DNA from: a virus
Taxonomy: Duplodnaviria > Caudoviricetes
Reading direction: 5' to 3' (one strand)
DNA: 56,994 nt
IMG/VR virus record: IMGVR_UViG_3300014613_000030
Span: 1 to 56,994 of that record
The translations under genes and the position numbers were made by a program. A model generated the notes under the pieces. That model worked only from the letters and a program-made list of their open reading frames with translations. It did no database searches and was not told the origin of the DNA. Shown here one piece after another: positions 1 through 8,879 of this stretch (positions are counted from its first letter, which is position 1; every line of letters starts with the position of its first letter).

Positions 1-47
1 CAACACCAAGGGCAGTTATACTTAAATCCCTCAAAATTAACCATCTC

Positions 48-236
48 TCACCTCCAAATATTTTTATCTCCATCTAATTTCCAACCTCTCATGATCCCCT
101 TCAGCTTCCATTTGAGAAGCCTGTCAACCCGTTGCTGAAGCATCTCCACCCGGTACTCCCTCTGCACCGGCGCGTAGGCCAGCGGAGGGCCGGACAGGTG
201 GGCCAGGATAAGCAATGTTAGAGATAGGCGGGTCAT
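48..236 (-). CDS. Small hypothetical protein with hydrophobic N-terminus
   Basis: 62-aa ORF; its start overlaps the stop of the upstream gene (TAATG). Confidence 0.55.
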   Translation of the reverse strand: MTRLSLTLLILAHLSGPPLAYAPVQREYRVEMLQQRVDRLLKWKLKGIMRGWKLDGDKNIWR

Positions 237-442
237 TAGGCAACCCTAAATCCTTGGAAACCGCACTTCTGACAATGGACCTCTTTTTGCGGAGGGTTAC
301 TTGTCAGAGTGCTGTTTGGATAAGTATCCCATAGTTCTTCGCCACATGAGCAAGCAATTCCATTAGGATGAGACTTCGTTAGGTCAATTGTATCATCCCA
401 ATCCCTTCTACGATCAAAATTGAATTCATCTAATGTTTTCAT
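236..442 (-). CDS. Small Zn-ribbon protein
   Basis: CSCG...CQKCG; probable start MKTLDEF at 442 behind an AGGAG RBS. Confidence 0.65.
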   Translation of the reverse strand: MKTLDEFNFDRRRDWDDTIDLTKSHPNGIACSCGEELWDTYPNSTLTSNPPQKEVHCQKCGFQGFRVA

Positions 443-467
443 ACTTTTTCTCCTTTCAATAGACGGG

Positions 468-674
468 TCATTTGAGTGGGAAAAGCCCACCGCAGTTTAT
501 GCATGGCCCCATAATAGGTCTATCACACTCGCACTTCCTGTCTGTTTCTGGGGCCTTGGTAGCCAGATCCAGGAACTTACGGAGTCTCGGGATAGCATCA
601 TACCGAAAAATGGTATCTCCTTTCCAAAACCCCGCCTCCTTAGCCATCTCTCTTACCTCGTCGTCGCTGTACAT
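468..674 (-). CDS. Small hypothetical protein with C-terminal Cys cluster
   Basis: CECD...CINCGG; GGAGG RBS. Confidence 0.6.
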   Translation of the reverse strand: MYSDDEVREMAKEAGFWKGDTIFRYDAIPRLRKFLDLATKAPETDRKCECDRPIMGPCINCGGLFPLK

Positions 675-675
675 A

Positions 676-1833
676 TCATCCCTCCAGGGCCTTCTTGACG
701 GCCAGTCTTAGGTCGCTTGCTATCGTTCTCCACCCCCACCAGTCAGATCGTAGGGGTCCAGGCTCACCGTCCTTTTCATACATATCTGCAATGGCGAGAA
801 TTCTTTGAGGAATATTTCTCAGCTTCTCGTTCTCTGCTTCTAGATAGTCAGCGTACTGCTGGTATTCATCAAGTAGCATTTGTACAGCAGACGCGGTATA
901 CGGTATCCAGTTAGGTCTTTCTATCGCTGCCCTCCTTTCAATACTTTCCTGCAGATGGCTACGATGTTTCATCTCATGCATTACATCAAGAAAGGTCTTG
1001 TGTGCTTCTCCTGCGTCTTCAATCCGGTTGCCTTTATAAATCATACCATCCTTATCTAAGCGCATCACTTCAGTCAGACTATTCCCAGTAAAAAACTTGA
1101 AAGTATTGCTATTATCCTTAATAGCAGAATTGAGTTCGTTCCAATGAACTTCCGTCTGGGGTTTTTCAGTCTTGTCTTTCATCTTTTTTCTCCCTTCAAT
1201 GCTTCCAGGTGAATGCCAAGAGTTTGAGCAAATGGAATTTTCAACCTTGCCACAAATAGGGCAGATGTCGTTTACTTTGCCGAGCTCAACATATTTATAC
1301 TCTTTTTTTAATTTCGCTTTCATTTCTCTTGCCCATTCAGCATCATCCTCCATGGAATAATACTTCTTCATAATTCTTTGCAAACTTTTATGGGCTGACC
1401 ATTCAAAAATTGCCTTATCTTCTTTGATATGATACCAATCAAGATTTAAGGGGCATTTTTCCTGGAATGTTACATCAATCCAGCTTTGACCGGGGTCCCA
1501 AGCGGCTGGCGAATGCTCGAAGTAAACTTTTTTCAAAAAATCGATATGTAATCCCAGCTTAACCTTTTCTTTGTTTATAACATGTATTTTCCTTGCTATG
1601 CATATTTTTACTGTGTCACATTTATAGCATTTTGTTTTGTACTTACATCCGCAATGTTTTACAGCATATTGCAATGATGGTTTTATTGATCCTGTGCAGT
1701 GATGTACTTCCTCTAATCTGTGTTCACCAAAAGCCATATCTGTATCCAAATGATGAAACTTATTAATCAGATCCAGTTGTGGCTGACATTCACATATACG
1801 TTGGATAACATCTCCCCCTATGCTTCCTCCCAT
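676..1833 (-). CDS. Hypothetical protein, possibly a fusion of several small genes
   Basis: 385-aa ORF with Cys clusters and an internal in-frame GGGAG...ATG at 1182. Confidence 0.6.
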   Translation of the reverse strand: MGGSIGGDVIQRICECQPQLDLINKFHHLDTDMAFGEHRLEEVHHCTGSIKPSLQYAVKHCGCKYKTKCYKCDTVKICIARKIHVINKEKVKLGLHIDFLKKVYFEHSPAAWDPGQSWIDVTFQEKCPLNLDWYHIKEDKAIFEWSAHKSLQRIMKKYYSMEDDAEWAREMKAKLKKEYKYVELGKVNDICPICGKVENSICSNSWHSPGSIEGRKKMKDKTEKPQTEVHWNELNSAIKDNSNTFKFFTGNSLTEVMRLDKDGMIYKGNRIEDAGEAHKTFLDVMHEMKHRSHLQESIERRAAIERPNWIPYTASAVQMLLDEYQQYADYLEAENEKLRNIPQRILAIADMYEKDGEPGPLRSDWWGWRTIASDLRLAVKKALEG

Positions 1834-1980
1834 ATTATTTTCCTTTCTAAATTTAGGATTTTTTTATTTTCCATATCTCCCCCAGTTTATCGTAAACTAT
1901 GTTAAATGGTAGTAATCTATTTTTAATAAACTCATCAAAGGCTTTGGCCGTTTTATTCTCCAGAGAAATCCGCACCTTCG

Positions 1981-2160
1981 TTATCTTCCATCTTTGATTT
2001 CAAACTCTATCAGCGTTTTATTGTCCTGCTGCTGTATTATTTCGTTTAACATTTCTGTTCGTTGCTGGAAGTCATAGCACAAATAACCAACTACGTTTTT
2101 TGATAAACTGCTCTGCAATAAGATTACCAATCTAACTATCTGTTGTTGTGTTAATTTCAT
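1981..2160 (-). CDS. Small hypothetical protein (59 aa, not in ORF track)
   Basis: Hand translation MKLTQQQIVRLVILLQSSLSKNVVG...EIKDGR*; GGAG upstream. Confidence 0.5.
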   Translation of the reverse strand: MKLTQQQIVRLVILLQSSLSKNVVGYLCYDFQQRTEMLNEIIQQQDNKTLIEFEIKDGR

Positions 2161-2305
2161 CTGTTATCTCCAAATTAAGTGGATGGTTTTCTGCTTCCGG
2201 TGATTTTCCAATACGCTCTGGGCAAACAGCAATGGCTCTAAACAGAGCGTCTTTTGGCAATTCTGACGATACTGATTTATGGCAGTACCAGCACCAAAGT
2301 CTCAT
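2132..2305 (-). CDS. Small Zn-finger-like protein
   Basis: MRLWCWYCHK...VCP; RBS AAGGAAGG before ATG at 2305. Confidence 0.55.
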   Translation of the reverse strand: MRLWCWYCHKSVSSELPKDALFRAIAVCPERIGKSPEAENHPLNLEITDEINTTTDS

Positions 2306-2318
2306 TTCTTCCTTCCTT

Positions 2319-2567
2319 TTAAATGTCCAATCTATCAAGTTCATAGATTGATTTGGATAACTCATCCGTCTTTGGTAAAAAGTCAGTGTAATGATTATGC
2401 AACAAATATCCAATGAATGATCCTACAGCCCAAGGTCCAAAAGTCCACCAAACCCCTAAATATACATCTAAAAGGAAGGCGGCTATGTTGGCTCCAAGGC
2501 AAAGTTAAAGTGCCCAAATTAAGATCTTGCCTATTCTATTCTGCTTATAACATTCGCATTTATACAT
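2319..2567 (-). pseudogene. Small membrane-protein gene interrupted by an in-frame TAA
   Basis: AAGGAGG RBS, then MYKCECYKQNRIGKILIWAL*LCLGANIAAFLLDVYLGVWWTFGPWAVG...RLDI*; internal TAA at 2505-2507. Confidence 0.55.
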
Positions 2568-2574
2568 TTCTTCC

Positions 2575-3204
2575 CTCCTTTTAAATATATCAGAAGCATC
2601 ACCTACTCTATTACCTTCACTATAATTTCGACCTGCTTGCCCTCAAACTGCAAAAGAGGAATAGTCAGTATTGAATTATACCCTTTATCTTTTACATCAC
2701 CATAGTCATATAAAGGTTCTTCAACACGAAGAACGGTCCCTACAATATGTAAACCCATCTTTTTAGGACTGTCTTTTATTCCTACCATTGTTTTACTTTC
2801 TCTTGATTTGGATTCAGAACTCTTCCCTTTTCCTATGTCTACATTATTACTTGTGATAGATAATTTTGTTTCTGGTGAAACTGGACCGAACTTTTTTCCG
2901 CATTGTAAACAGGTTGATGAGCCAAATCCACAAAGAGACCAAGTTCTCATTTCTATTGTGTGTTTACAAATATCCTTCGCCGGATGTAAAATGTTCTTAA
3001 TGCATGTAACATCTTCTGGGACATATAAGAGGTGAGTTCCGCAATCCAAGCATGTCAATGTTGGTTCGGAAATCCAAAAAGTATTTTCTGACAACCCCTT
3101 TGGTTTTTTATAATTTCTGAGTTCACAGTTTAAGTGTTTACAAAAATTAATTTTATCCGTTTCTAATTCTGTCATAATTTTATCTCCTTTTAAATATATC
3201 AGAA
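2575..3204. repeat. 21-bp direct repeat CTCCTTTTAAATATATCAGAA flanking one gene
   Basis: Identical copies at 2575-2595 and 3184-3204. Confidence 0.85.
2603..3175 (-). CDS. Cys-rich hypothetical protein
   Basis: Two CKH...CxxCG units; start MTELE at 3175 after AAGGAG. Confidence 0.7.
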   Translation of the reverse strand: MTELETDKINFCKHLNCELRNYKKPKGLSENTFWISEPTLTCLDCGTHLLYVPEDVTCIKNILHPAKDICKHTIEMRTWSLCGFGSSTCLQCGKKFGPVSPETKLSITSNNVDIGKGKSSESKSRESKTMVGIKDSPKKMGLHIVGTVLRVEEPLYDYGDVKDKGYNSILTIPLLQFEGKQVEIIVKVIE

Positions 3205-4316
3205 TCCATTTCAATTTTGGCTTTTCGTAATATATCTAATCCCACCGTTTCTAATGTATCACTTTTTAAACTTAGTTTTTCGGATAATATACTTGAATAT
3301 TTTGAAACTATTGATTCTGCATTTGATGTGTCTTTGATTATGATTCCTTTATTTTCTTTTCTTCTTTTTTGATTTTTAAAAGTTATGAATGACACACCAA
3401 GCCCTTTAAGTTTTTCAGTTATTTTTCTTTGATCCATATATTCGCTTGTATCATTATTTATGCGTAGGATATTTCCATCAATTCTTTTAGGAGGCACTCG
3501 GTCTAAATCAGAAAAATTTATTACTTTAAACTTTGGGGCATCTGGAATTACAAAATATCTTTTATTTAAGTCAAAGTTTATAATATGATATCCATGTTCA
3601 TTGTTTGTTTCGCTAAAGTCCAATGGTATTAGGGATGATGTATAGAATCCTTTCCCTTTATAAAAAACCTGATATTTATGGATGTGGCTTGCTATCACGA
3701 AATCAAATTTGTTAGATATAAGTTCTTCATCAATACCAGATTTAGCTTTTGCTTTTTTGTTAAAGTATGAGCCTTTTATTGTTCCATGAATGATGAGAAC
3801 ATTTTTTGTTTTTTTGTTTGGTTCATACTCTTTTATAGTTGAAATTACATTTTTATCACTACAAAAAGGGATGAATAAAAAATTTATGTTTCTTATCTTA
3901 ATGGTAATTGGTGATTCAAGAACCACGTGATTAGGGATTTTGCTAATTGCAATGAATGGACTTAATACTGTTTTTTCTCCATCTAAGTCATGATTGCCGG
4001 AATTTATAATAATTTTGATATCCGAAAATTCCATGAAAAACTTTTTTAGAACTTCTTCAACAGGGTAGTCAAGTAATCCAGTATGTATTATATCTCCATT
4101 CATTATCAATGGCAGTTCAAGTTTTCTAGCTGTATAGCCGACTTCCCACATTGCCTTTTCTATATCTCTTAATCTTCTTGAGACAATTTGATCATGGTTA
4201 TTATAGGGATAGTGGTTATATGCATGAATGTCACCAACAACCACTATCCCCTGAACTATTCTGAGATTGCTTATCTTTTTAATTGTTACCTTTGTGGTTT
4301 CCATGTTAATTATCAC
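3180..4316 (-). CDS. Mre11/SbcD (T4 gp47-like) metallophosphoesterase nuclease
   Basis: GDIH, NGDIIH, GNHD, HG and SHIH motifs; next to RecA. Confidence 0.88.
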   Translation of the reverse strand: MIINMETTKVTIKKISNLRIVQGIVVVGDIHAYNHYPYNNHDQIVSRRLRDIEKAMWEVGYTARKLELPLIMNGDIIHTGLLDYPVEEVLKKFFMEFSDIKIIINSGNHDLDGEKTVLSPFIAISKIPNHVVLESPITIKIRNINFLFIPFCSDKNVISTIKEYEPNKKTKNVLIIHGTIKGSYFNKKAKAKSGIDEELISNKFDFVIASHIHKYQVFYKGKGFYTSSLIPLDFSETNNEHGYHIINFDLNKRYFVIPDAPKFKVINFSDLDRVPPKRIDGNILRINNDTSEYMDQRKITEKLKGLGVSFITFKNQKRRKENKGIIIKDTSNAESIVSKYSSILSEKLSLKSDTLETVGLDILRKAKIEMDSDIFKRR

Positions 4317-5430
4317 TAAGTAATTCTTCTAGTTTTCTTTGATATAATGGAGTTTTTATTGCTTCTTTGATTTCTTTTAAAAACTTTTCTTTACCAACTG
4401 CTCTAAAAAGTTTTTCTCCTTTTTTGGTTCTTATGGATACCGAAATCGTGTTGCCACTTTTTTCTATAATGCCTTTTTTAATTAAAGCATTTCCGAGTGC
4501 CCTGCCGGAGTCTATGCCTTGTCCAAATATTATTGGCAACATAGTCTCCTTGTACGGGGCCATGACTTTGTTTTTAACAGTTCTGGCTTTACTTTCAATA
4601 CCTATTTTTTCAGAATCAGCTGAACTAGTTTTATGGATTACTCCGGCGAATCTCAAATCAAGTCTTATTGAAGCATGAAATTTAAGTGCTGCTCCGCCAA
4701 TTTCTGTATCTTTGCTTCCATATTTTACATTTGTATCGGTTTTAATTTGATTCATACAAACAAGACATATCTGTTCACTTGATATTGGACCATTAATGTT
4801 TCTAAAAAATCGTGATAATCTTCTTGCATGTAATGCTCTAGCTTGTTCGTCTTCATCAGAAGTTGCTTCCCATTCAGCTTTCGGGGGAGCTCCTGCGATG
4901 CTATCGAACACTATAACCATAGGAACATCCCATTCATTGCCGGTTTCTACTATGTATTCTTCCTTTGCTTGTTTGAACATGTCTATGCTGACTCTCATCA
5001 TATCCAAACCTTGCTCTAGATAATCTGGTTGTGAAATAAGAAGTTCATCTAAATTTAGTCCAAGTGCTTTTGCATAATTTGGGTCAAATGCATGTTCGGT
5101 CTCAACGAGTCTAGCAATTCCTCCCATTTCTTGAACTGACTTCATCAGATGAATTCCAAGTGTTGTTTTTCCACTCGCTTCTCTACCGGATATGCCAACT
5201 ATTCTGCCAACAGGCATTCCATATTTTCCACTTGAATCTTTTGCAAGTATTCGATCTAATTCAACAGATCCAGTTTGTATTGTTTTTCTGACAATTGATT
5301 TTACATCTAGGGATGACAAAAGGGTAGTTGCGCCTTTGCCAAATTCTTTATCGGAATGTTTTATAATTCCCCTTATAAGTAATCTTCTTCTTTCGAAGAG
5401 TTTTTTTGTGTCTTTCATTTTTAGCCTCAA
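4306..5430 (-). CDS. recA: RecA-family recombinase
   Basis: TGSVELD, Walker A GREASGKTT, EHAFDP, LLISQPD, FDSIA, GGAALKFHASIRL, KNKV. Confidence 0.95.
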   Translation of the reverse strand: MRLKMKDTKKLFERRRLLIRGIIKHSDKEFGKGATTLLSSLDVKSIVRKTIQTGSVELDRILAKDSSGKYGMPVGRIVGISGREASGKTTLGIHLMKSVQEMGGIARLVETEHAFDPNYAKALGLNLDELLISQPDYLEQGLDMMRVSIDMFKQAKEEYIVETGNEWDVPMVIVFDSIAGAPPKAEWEATSDEDEQARALHARRLSRFFRNINGPISSEQICLVCMNQIKTDTNVKYGSKDTEIGGAALKFHASIRLDLRFAGVIHKTSSADSEKIGIESKARTVKNKVMAPYKETMLPIIFGQGIDSGRALGNALIKKGIIEKSGNTISVSIRTKKGEKLFRAVGKEKFLKEIKEAIKTPLYQRKLEELLSDN

Positions 5431-5472
5431 TTTAAATTTAATTTTTCATAAAGATTTATAAAAAATTATCCA

Positions 5473-5691
5473 TCAACAAATTGCTATTCCGAGATTGCAG
5501 ATTGCAGTGAGACGAAGATTTAAGGTCCAGACTGTAAATGTGAAAACTGATAGAACCATTGCGGTAACAAAAGAAGAAAATTGTGGGAAGATTATGTCAG
5601 AAATAGTTGCTGGAATTAAAGCAATTATAAACATCCATGTTCCAATTCCTAAAACTAGATCTTGCCATATTATATTTTTTGTATCTTTCAT
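5473..5691 (-). CDS. Small membrane protein
   Basis: Two to three hydrophobic segments; ATGA overlap with the upstream gene. Confidence 0.6.
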   Translation of the reverse strand: MKDTKNIIWQDLVLGIGTWMFIIALIPATISDIIFPQFSSFVTAMVLSVFTFTVWTLNLRLTAICNLGIAIC

Positions 5692-5948
5692 CCGTCAATT
5701 ACACCTCTCGCTTTAAGTAATTCCAGTGCTTGATATTCAGTGAATCCTGCATTGACGTAGGCGTCATATTTCATCTTGTAAAAATTTGCTATTCCATTAA
5801 ATGCGCTTGTTATATCTTCCGATACTTCGTCTGCTTTTTTGATCAGTTTTGAAAGATTATCGACAAAATCTCCATCGATGCTTGATCCGTCGGAATCTTC
5901 TTTTGCTTTTTTTATCATGTTTCTAGCTATTTCTTCATGAACAGTCAT
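5688..5948 (-). CDS. Hypothetical protein
   Basis: 86 aa; GAGGTG RBS. Confidence 0.7.
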   Translation of the reverse strand: MTVHEEIARNMIKKAKEDSDGSSIDGDFVDNLSKLIKKADEVSEDITSAFNGIANFYKMKYDAYVNAGFTEYQALELLKARGVIDG

Positions 5949-5956
5949 ATTTCACC

Positions 5957-7342
5957 TCACTTTTTCTTTTTCTTATTTTTTTGATTGGCTTTGGCTTTTA
6001 ATTTTTTCTTTATTTCTTCACCACTACTTTCATCGTCATCTTTTTCGAGTTCTTTTTTGATTATGTTTCTTATATCATCATCATTCATACTTGTCTTAAC
6101 TTTGATGGATAATTCATTATCCTTTATGAATTTTTTCAATGAATCCCTATTCATTGTTTTGAGTATATCTTCCTCGTCTTCTTCCTCTTCGGTTTCCTTT
6201 TCTTCTTCCTCTTCTTCTTCCTCTTCTTCTTCCTTGTCTTCCTCTTCGTCTTCCTCGTCCTCGTCTTCTTCGTCCTCGTCTTCTTCCTCGTCTTCCTCCT
6301 CGTCGTCTTCTTCGTCTTCCTCGTCTTCTTCCTCTTCGTCTTCCTCTTCGTCTTCCTCGTCCTCGTCTTCTTCGGTTTCTATCGCTGCTTTTTTCTTTTT
6401 CTTCTTAGGAGCTTCTTTCTCTTCTACCTCTTCCTCCTCCATATCTTCCTCCTCCTCTAGTTCTTCTTCTATGCCGCTTTCTTCCTCGCAAAGATCAGCA
6501 TATTCGCATTTCTTACACTTTTTATTTTTCTTATATTCGCCGAAACATTCTGGAATATCATCATCCCTTGATTTCCCCTCCCATGCATCTTTGGTTTCTG
6601 CCGGTGTTGCCGGTTTGGTTATTTCTTTTAAATCAGCAAAATTACTTTTTATATATTTAATCATGAAATCTGGAACCTTCCATGAAAAACTTTTACCAGC
6701 ATCAACTTTATAAGAAATTGTTCCAAATGTTTTCCCCTTTTTAATAATACAGATATTTCTACCTTTTTTCAAATCTGTAATATCAGTTTCATCAAAGAAC
6801 TCTGCAAGGTCATCAATTCTTGCTCCGCTTAAAGTTGCAATAACTATGCCAGCATTACATGATGTATTCCATGAACATTTGCTGCACTTTCCAAGGAAAT
6901 CACCATCTTCATCTTTTTTTACATTTCCCCAACAATCAGGTGGTGGATTATCGGATTTCCATTTTTTCTTTCCTACTTTTGTATATAATGGGCTAACATC
7001 TATTGCTTGAAACACATTAGATATCGATACACCTCTTCTAGAAGCCAATGCTCTAATCTTTTTAGACTTTGATGCTTCATCTATTTTAACTTTTTTACAA
7101 GCATGACAATCTTTTCCTGTCTTTGTACAATTACACACACCTTTTTGTTCTTCGCCGAGACCAAAATGAACCCTTCTTTGTCTCCATGGAAGCTTCTCTG
7201 TTACAGCCGGGGCAAGCATTCTCAAGAACGTTGCCCCAACATCAAACTTAAACCATGATGCTCGACTTCCTCTTCTTTTCTCTCTTTCCTCTTTATCTTT
7301 CATGATCTCTTCTTTACTTGTTTTCCCCATTTGAACTGTCAT
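5957..7342 (-). CDS. Probable Zn-binding single-stranded DNA-binding protein (gp32-like) with Cys modules and a long acidic tail
   Basis: WFKF...LRML.P, VHFG...CNC...CHAC, KGRNI.I.K.G...Y.V; about 100-aa Asp/Glu tract; lies between UvsY-like and recA genes. Confidence 0.7.
   Translation of the reverse strand: MTVQMGKTSKEEIMKDKEEREKRRGSRASWFKFDVGATFLRMLAPAVTEKLPWRQRRVHFGLGEEQKGVCNCTKTGKDCHACKKVKIDEASKSKKIRALASRRGVSISNVFQAIDVSPLYTKVGKKKWKSDNPPPDCWGNVKKDEDGDFLGKCSKCSWNTSCNAGIVIATLSGARIDDLAEFFDETDITDLKKGRNICIIKKGKTFGTISYKVDAGKSFSWKVPDFMIKYIKSNFADLKEITKPATPAETKDAWEGKSRDDDIPECFGEYKKNKKCKKCEYADLCEEESGIEEELEEEEDMEEEEVEEKEAPKKKKKKAAIETEEDEDEEDEEEDEEEEDEEDEEDDEEEDEEEDEDEEDEDEEDEEEDKEEEEEEEEEEEKETEEEEDEEDILKTMNRDSLKKFIKDNELSIKVKTSMNDDDIRNIIKKELEKDDDESSGEEIKKKLKAKANQKNKKKKK
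6168..6490. repeat. Low-complexity (TCY)n coding repeat encoding poly-Glu/Asp
   Basis: Long TCT/TCC/TCG run on the + strand. Confidence 0.9.
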
Positions 7343-7863
7343 TTATTTCTCCTTTTCTTTTTCGAAATTGCTTTTTCGACTCTTTTATCTCTCGATGCTG
7401 ATCTCACGTTGAAGTCTCCTTCTAATGCTTTTTCTATTCTGAAGATTTTTTGTCTAAGATTTGTTGCCTTCATTTCAAGTGGCTTTCCCCCTCCATATAT
7501 TAATTGTTTTGATAATTTTCTATATTTAGAAATTTTCTTGACTCTTTTTATATATTCAATACTTCCTTCGACTTTTCTCTTTGCATCATTATCAGTATAT
7601 CTTTTCTTAACTGATGATTTTAACTGTGACCATCTTCTTGCTTCCCATTTCGCAAGATCTGCTTGCAGCGAGTTTGCTTTATCTTCCAATTCGTATCCAA
7701 GGATAACGCAAAATGAATAAAGTATGTGACTTCTATTCAAATCCTCGTCTATGTCATCCTTAATGGAAAGTTCATCATACAGATTTAAAACATCGTCAGG
7801 TATTTCCTTGACGTCTGTTTTAATTGTTAAGACTGCTTTTATTGTATCGTCTGAAATAGTCAT
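7339..7863 (-). CDS. Helical protein, possibly a UvsY-like recombination mediator
   Basis: Helical pattern with TDNDAKRKVEGSIEY; translationally coupled to the SSB gene. Confidence 0.45.
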   Translation of the reverse strand: MTISDDTIKAVLTIKTDVKEIPDDVLNLYDELSIKDDIDEDLNRSHILYSFCVILGYELEDKANSLQADLAKWEARRWSQLKSSVKKRYTDNDAKRKVEGSIEYIKRVKKISKYRKLSKQLIYGGGKPLEMKATNLRQKIFRIEKALEGDFNVRSASRDKRVEKAISKKKRRNK

Positions 7864-7883
7864 ATGTTCTTCCTTATAGTTTA

Positions 7884-7919
7884 ATCTAAAGGGTCACTTG
7901 AATTAGCAACCCTTTAGAT
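7884..7919 (-). other. Intergenic stem-loop after the HU gene
   Basis: ATCTAAAGGGT / ACCCTTTAGAT 11-bp stem, extendable by G-U pairs in minus-strand RNA; no U-tract. Confidence 0.6.
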
Positions 7920-7924
7920 AATAA

Positions 7925-8236
7925 TTATTTGGATTTTCTTCCCGGTTTTTGTGAAAGTGCAGCCTTAAGTTTGGAAGACATTCGATATTTCATAACATCT
8001 TTTTCTGGAATATTTATCTTCTCTCTGGTTTTGGGATTAAATCCTATTCTCGGTTGATTATGATGAATCCTAAAAGAACCAAACCCAGGTACTTGAAGAG
8101 TAAAACCACCTCTTTTTTCTATAGCTAACGAGGATATAGTTCTGAAAGTATCCCTCATAACTTCAATGAGATCAAATAGTTTAACTTCTTCGTATTCATT
8201 TTTCTTTAATATCTTTGCAATATCAGTTAAGATCAT
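7925..8236 (-). CDS. HU/IHF-family DNA-binding protein
   Basis: GFGSF...RIGFNPKTREKINIP...KLK signature; start MILTD at 8236 after GGAGG. Confidence 0.9.
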   Translation of the reverse strand: MILTDIAKILKKNEYEEVKLFDLIEVMRDTFRTISSLAIEKRGGFTLQVPGFGSFRIHHNQPRIGFNPKTREKINIPEKDVMKYRMSSKLKAALSQKPGRKSK

Positions 8237-8879
8237 TTTCTTTAGCCTCCGTATATTTTTTACAATATTTAATAATTTCTTCAATGATTTCTTGCAATGA
8301 AATGATTTCGGGAAAATTTCTTGTAATAATTCCCATGGCATTGTTATAAAGCTCAACTATAGATGGATTGCCAATTTCCATTTCTTCTAAGCAGAATAGG
8401 ACTATTTCAAATTTATCTATTGCTTCAACAAGTCTTCCTTCTTTTGTGTTATCTTTAGAAAATCTCCAAAGTTTTATGTAATATTGTCTAACACCAAATG
8501 GAAGTTCCGAAAATAATTGGTTTTCAACAATTTTATCCGCTACAGTTCTGAGCATATTTGTTAACTCATCAGAATTTTCATGTTTTAATGGATATAATAT
8601 ATCCCCTGTTATACTCTCTTCAAGATCATGAATTAGAGCCCTTTTGATAACTTCAGAAGTGTCATATAGCATTCTCCTTATTTCATCTTCTGGATATTCT
8701 ATCTCAGATAGAGCCAGTTCATTTAAAATCCTTTTATTTTCCATGTCCGAAATTAACATGACCAAAAATGCAGTATAGTATGAATGTTCAGCAACAGTAT
8801 AACTATTTACTTTTTGTTGATTGCTACACCGCTCTATCCGTGATAAGCTTCTAACTCTTTTCAAGAATTCTAGGATCAT
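8223..8879 (-). CDS. HD-domain deoxynucleotide phosphohydrolase (YfbR/DatZ-like)
   Basis: IER, TVAEHSY, ALIHDLEESITGDI, EAIDKFE. Confidence 0.88.
   Translation of the reverse strand: MILEFLKRVRSLSRIERCSNQQKVNSYTVAEHSYYTAFLVMLISDMENKRILNELALSEIEYPEDEIRRMLYDTSEVIKRALIHDLEESITGDILYPLKHENSDELTNMLRTVADKIVENQLFSELPFGVRQYYIKLWRFSKDNTKEGRLVEAIDKFEIVLFCLEEMEIGNPSIVELYNNAMGIITRNFPEIISLQEIIEEIIKYCKKYTEAKENDLN

Noticed and set aside
2505-5475. Stop-codon reassignment (in-frame TAA at 2505; TGA at 5473 followed by a few more hydrophobic codons)
   Set aside because: All long conserved genes are intact in code 11, and TAA, TAG and TGA all end genes at tight junctions.
5985-6713. Plus-strand poly-Ser ORF (also 24304..24810 and the other + strand ORFs)
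   Set aside because: Antisense shadows of minus-strand genes; low-complexity GAR/GAY codons give no stops on the opposite strand, and no RBS is evident.
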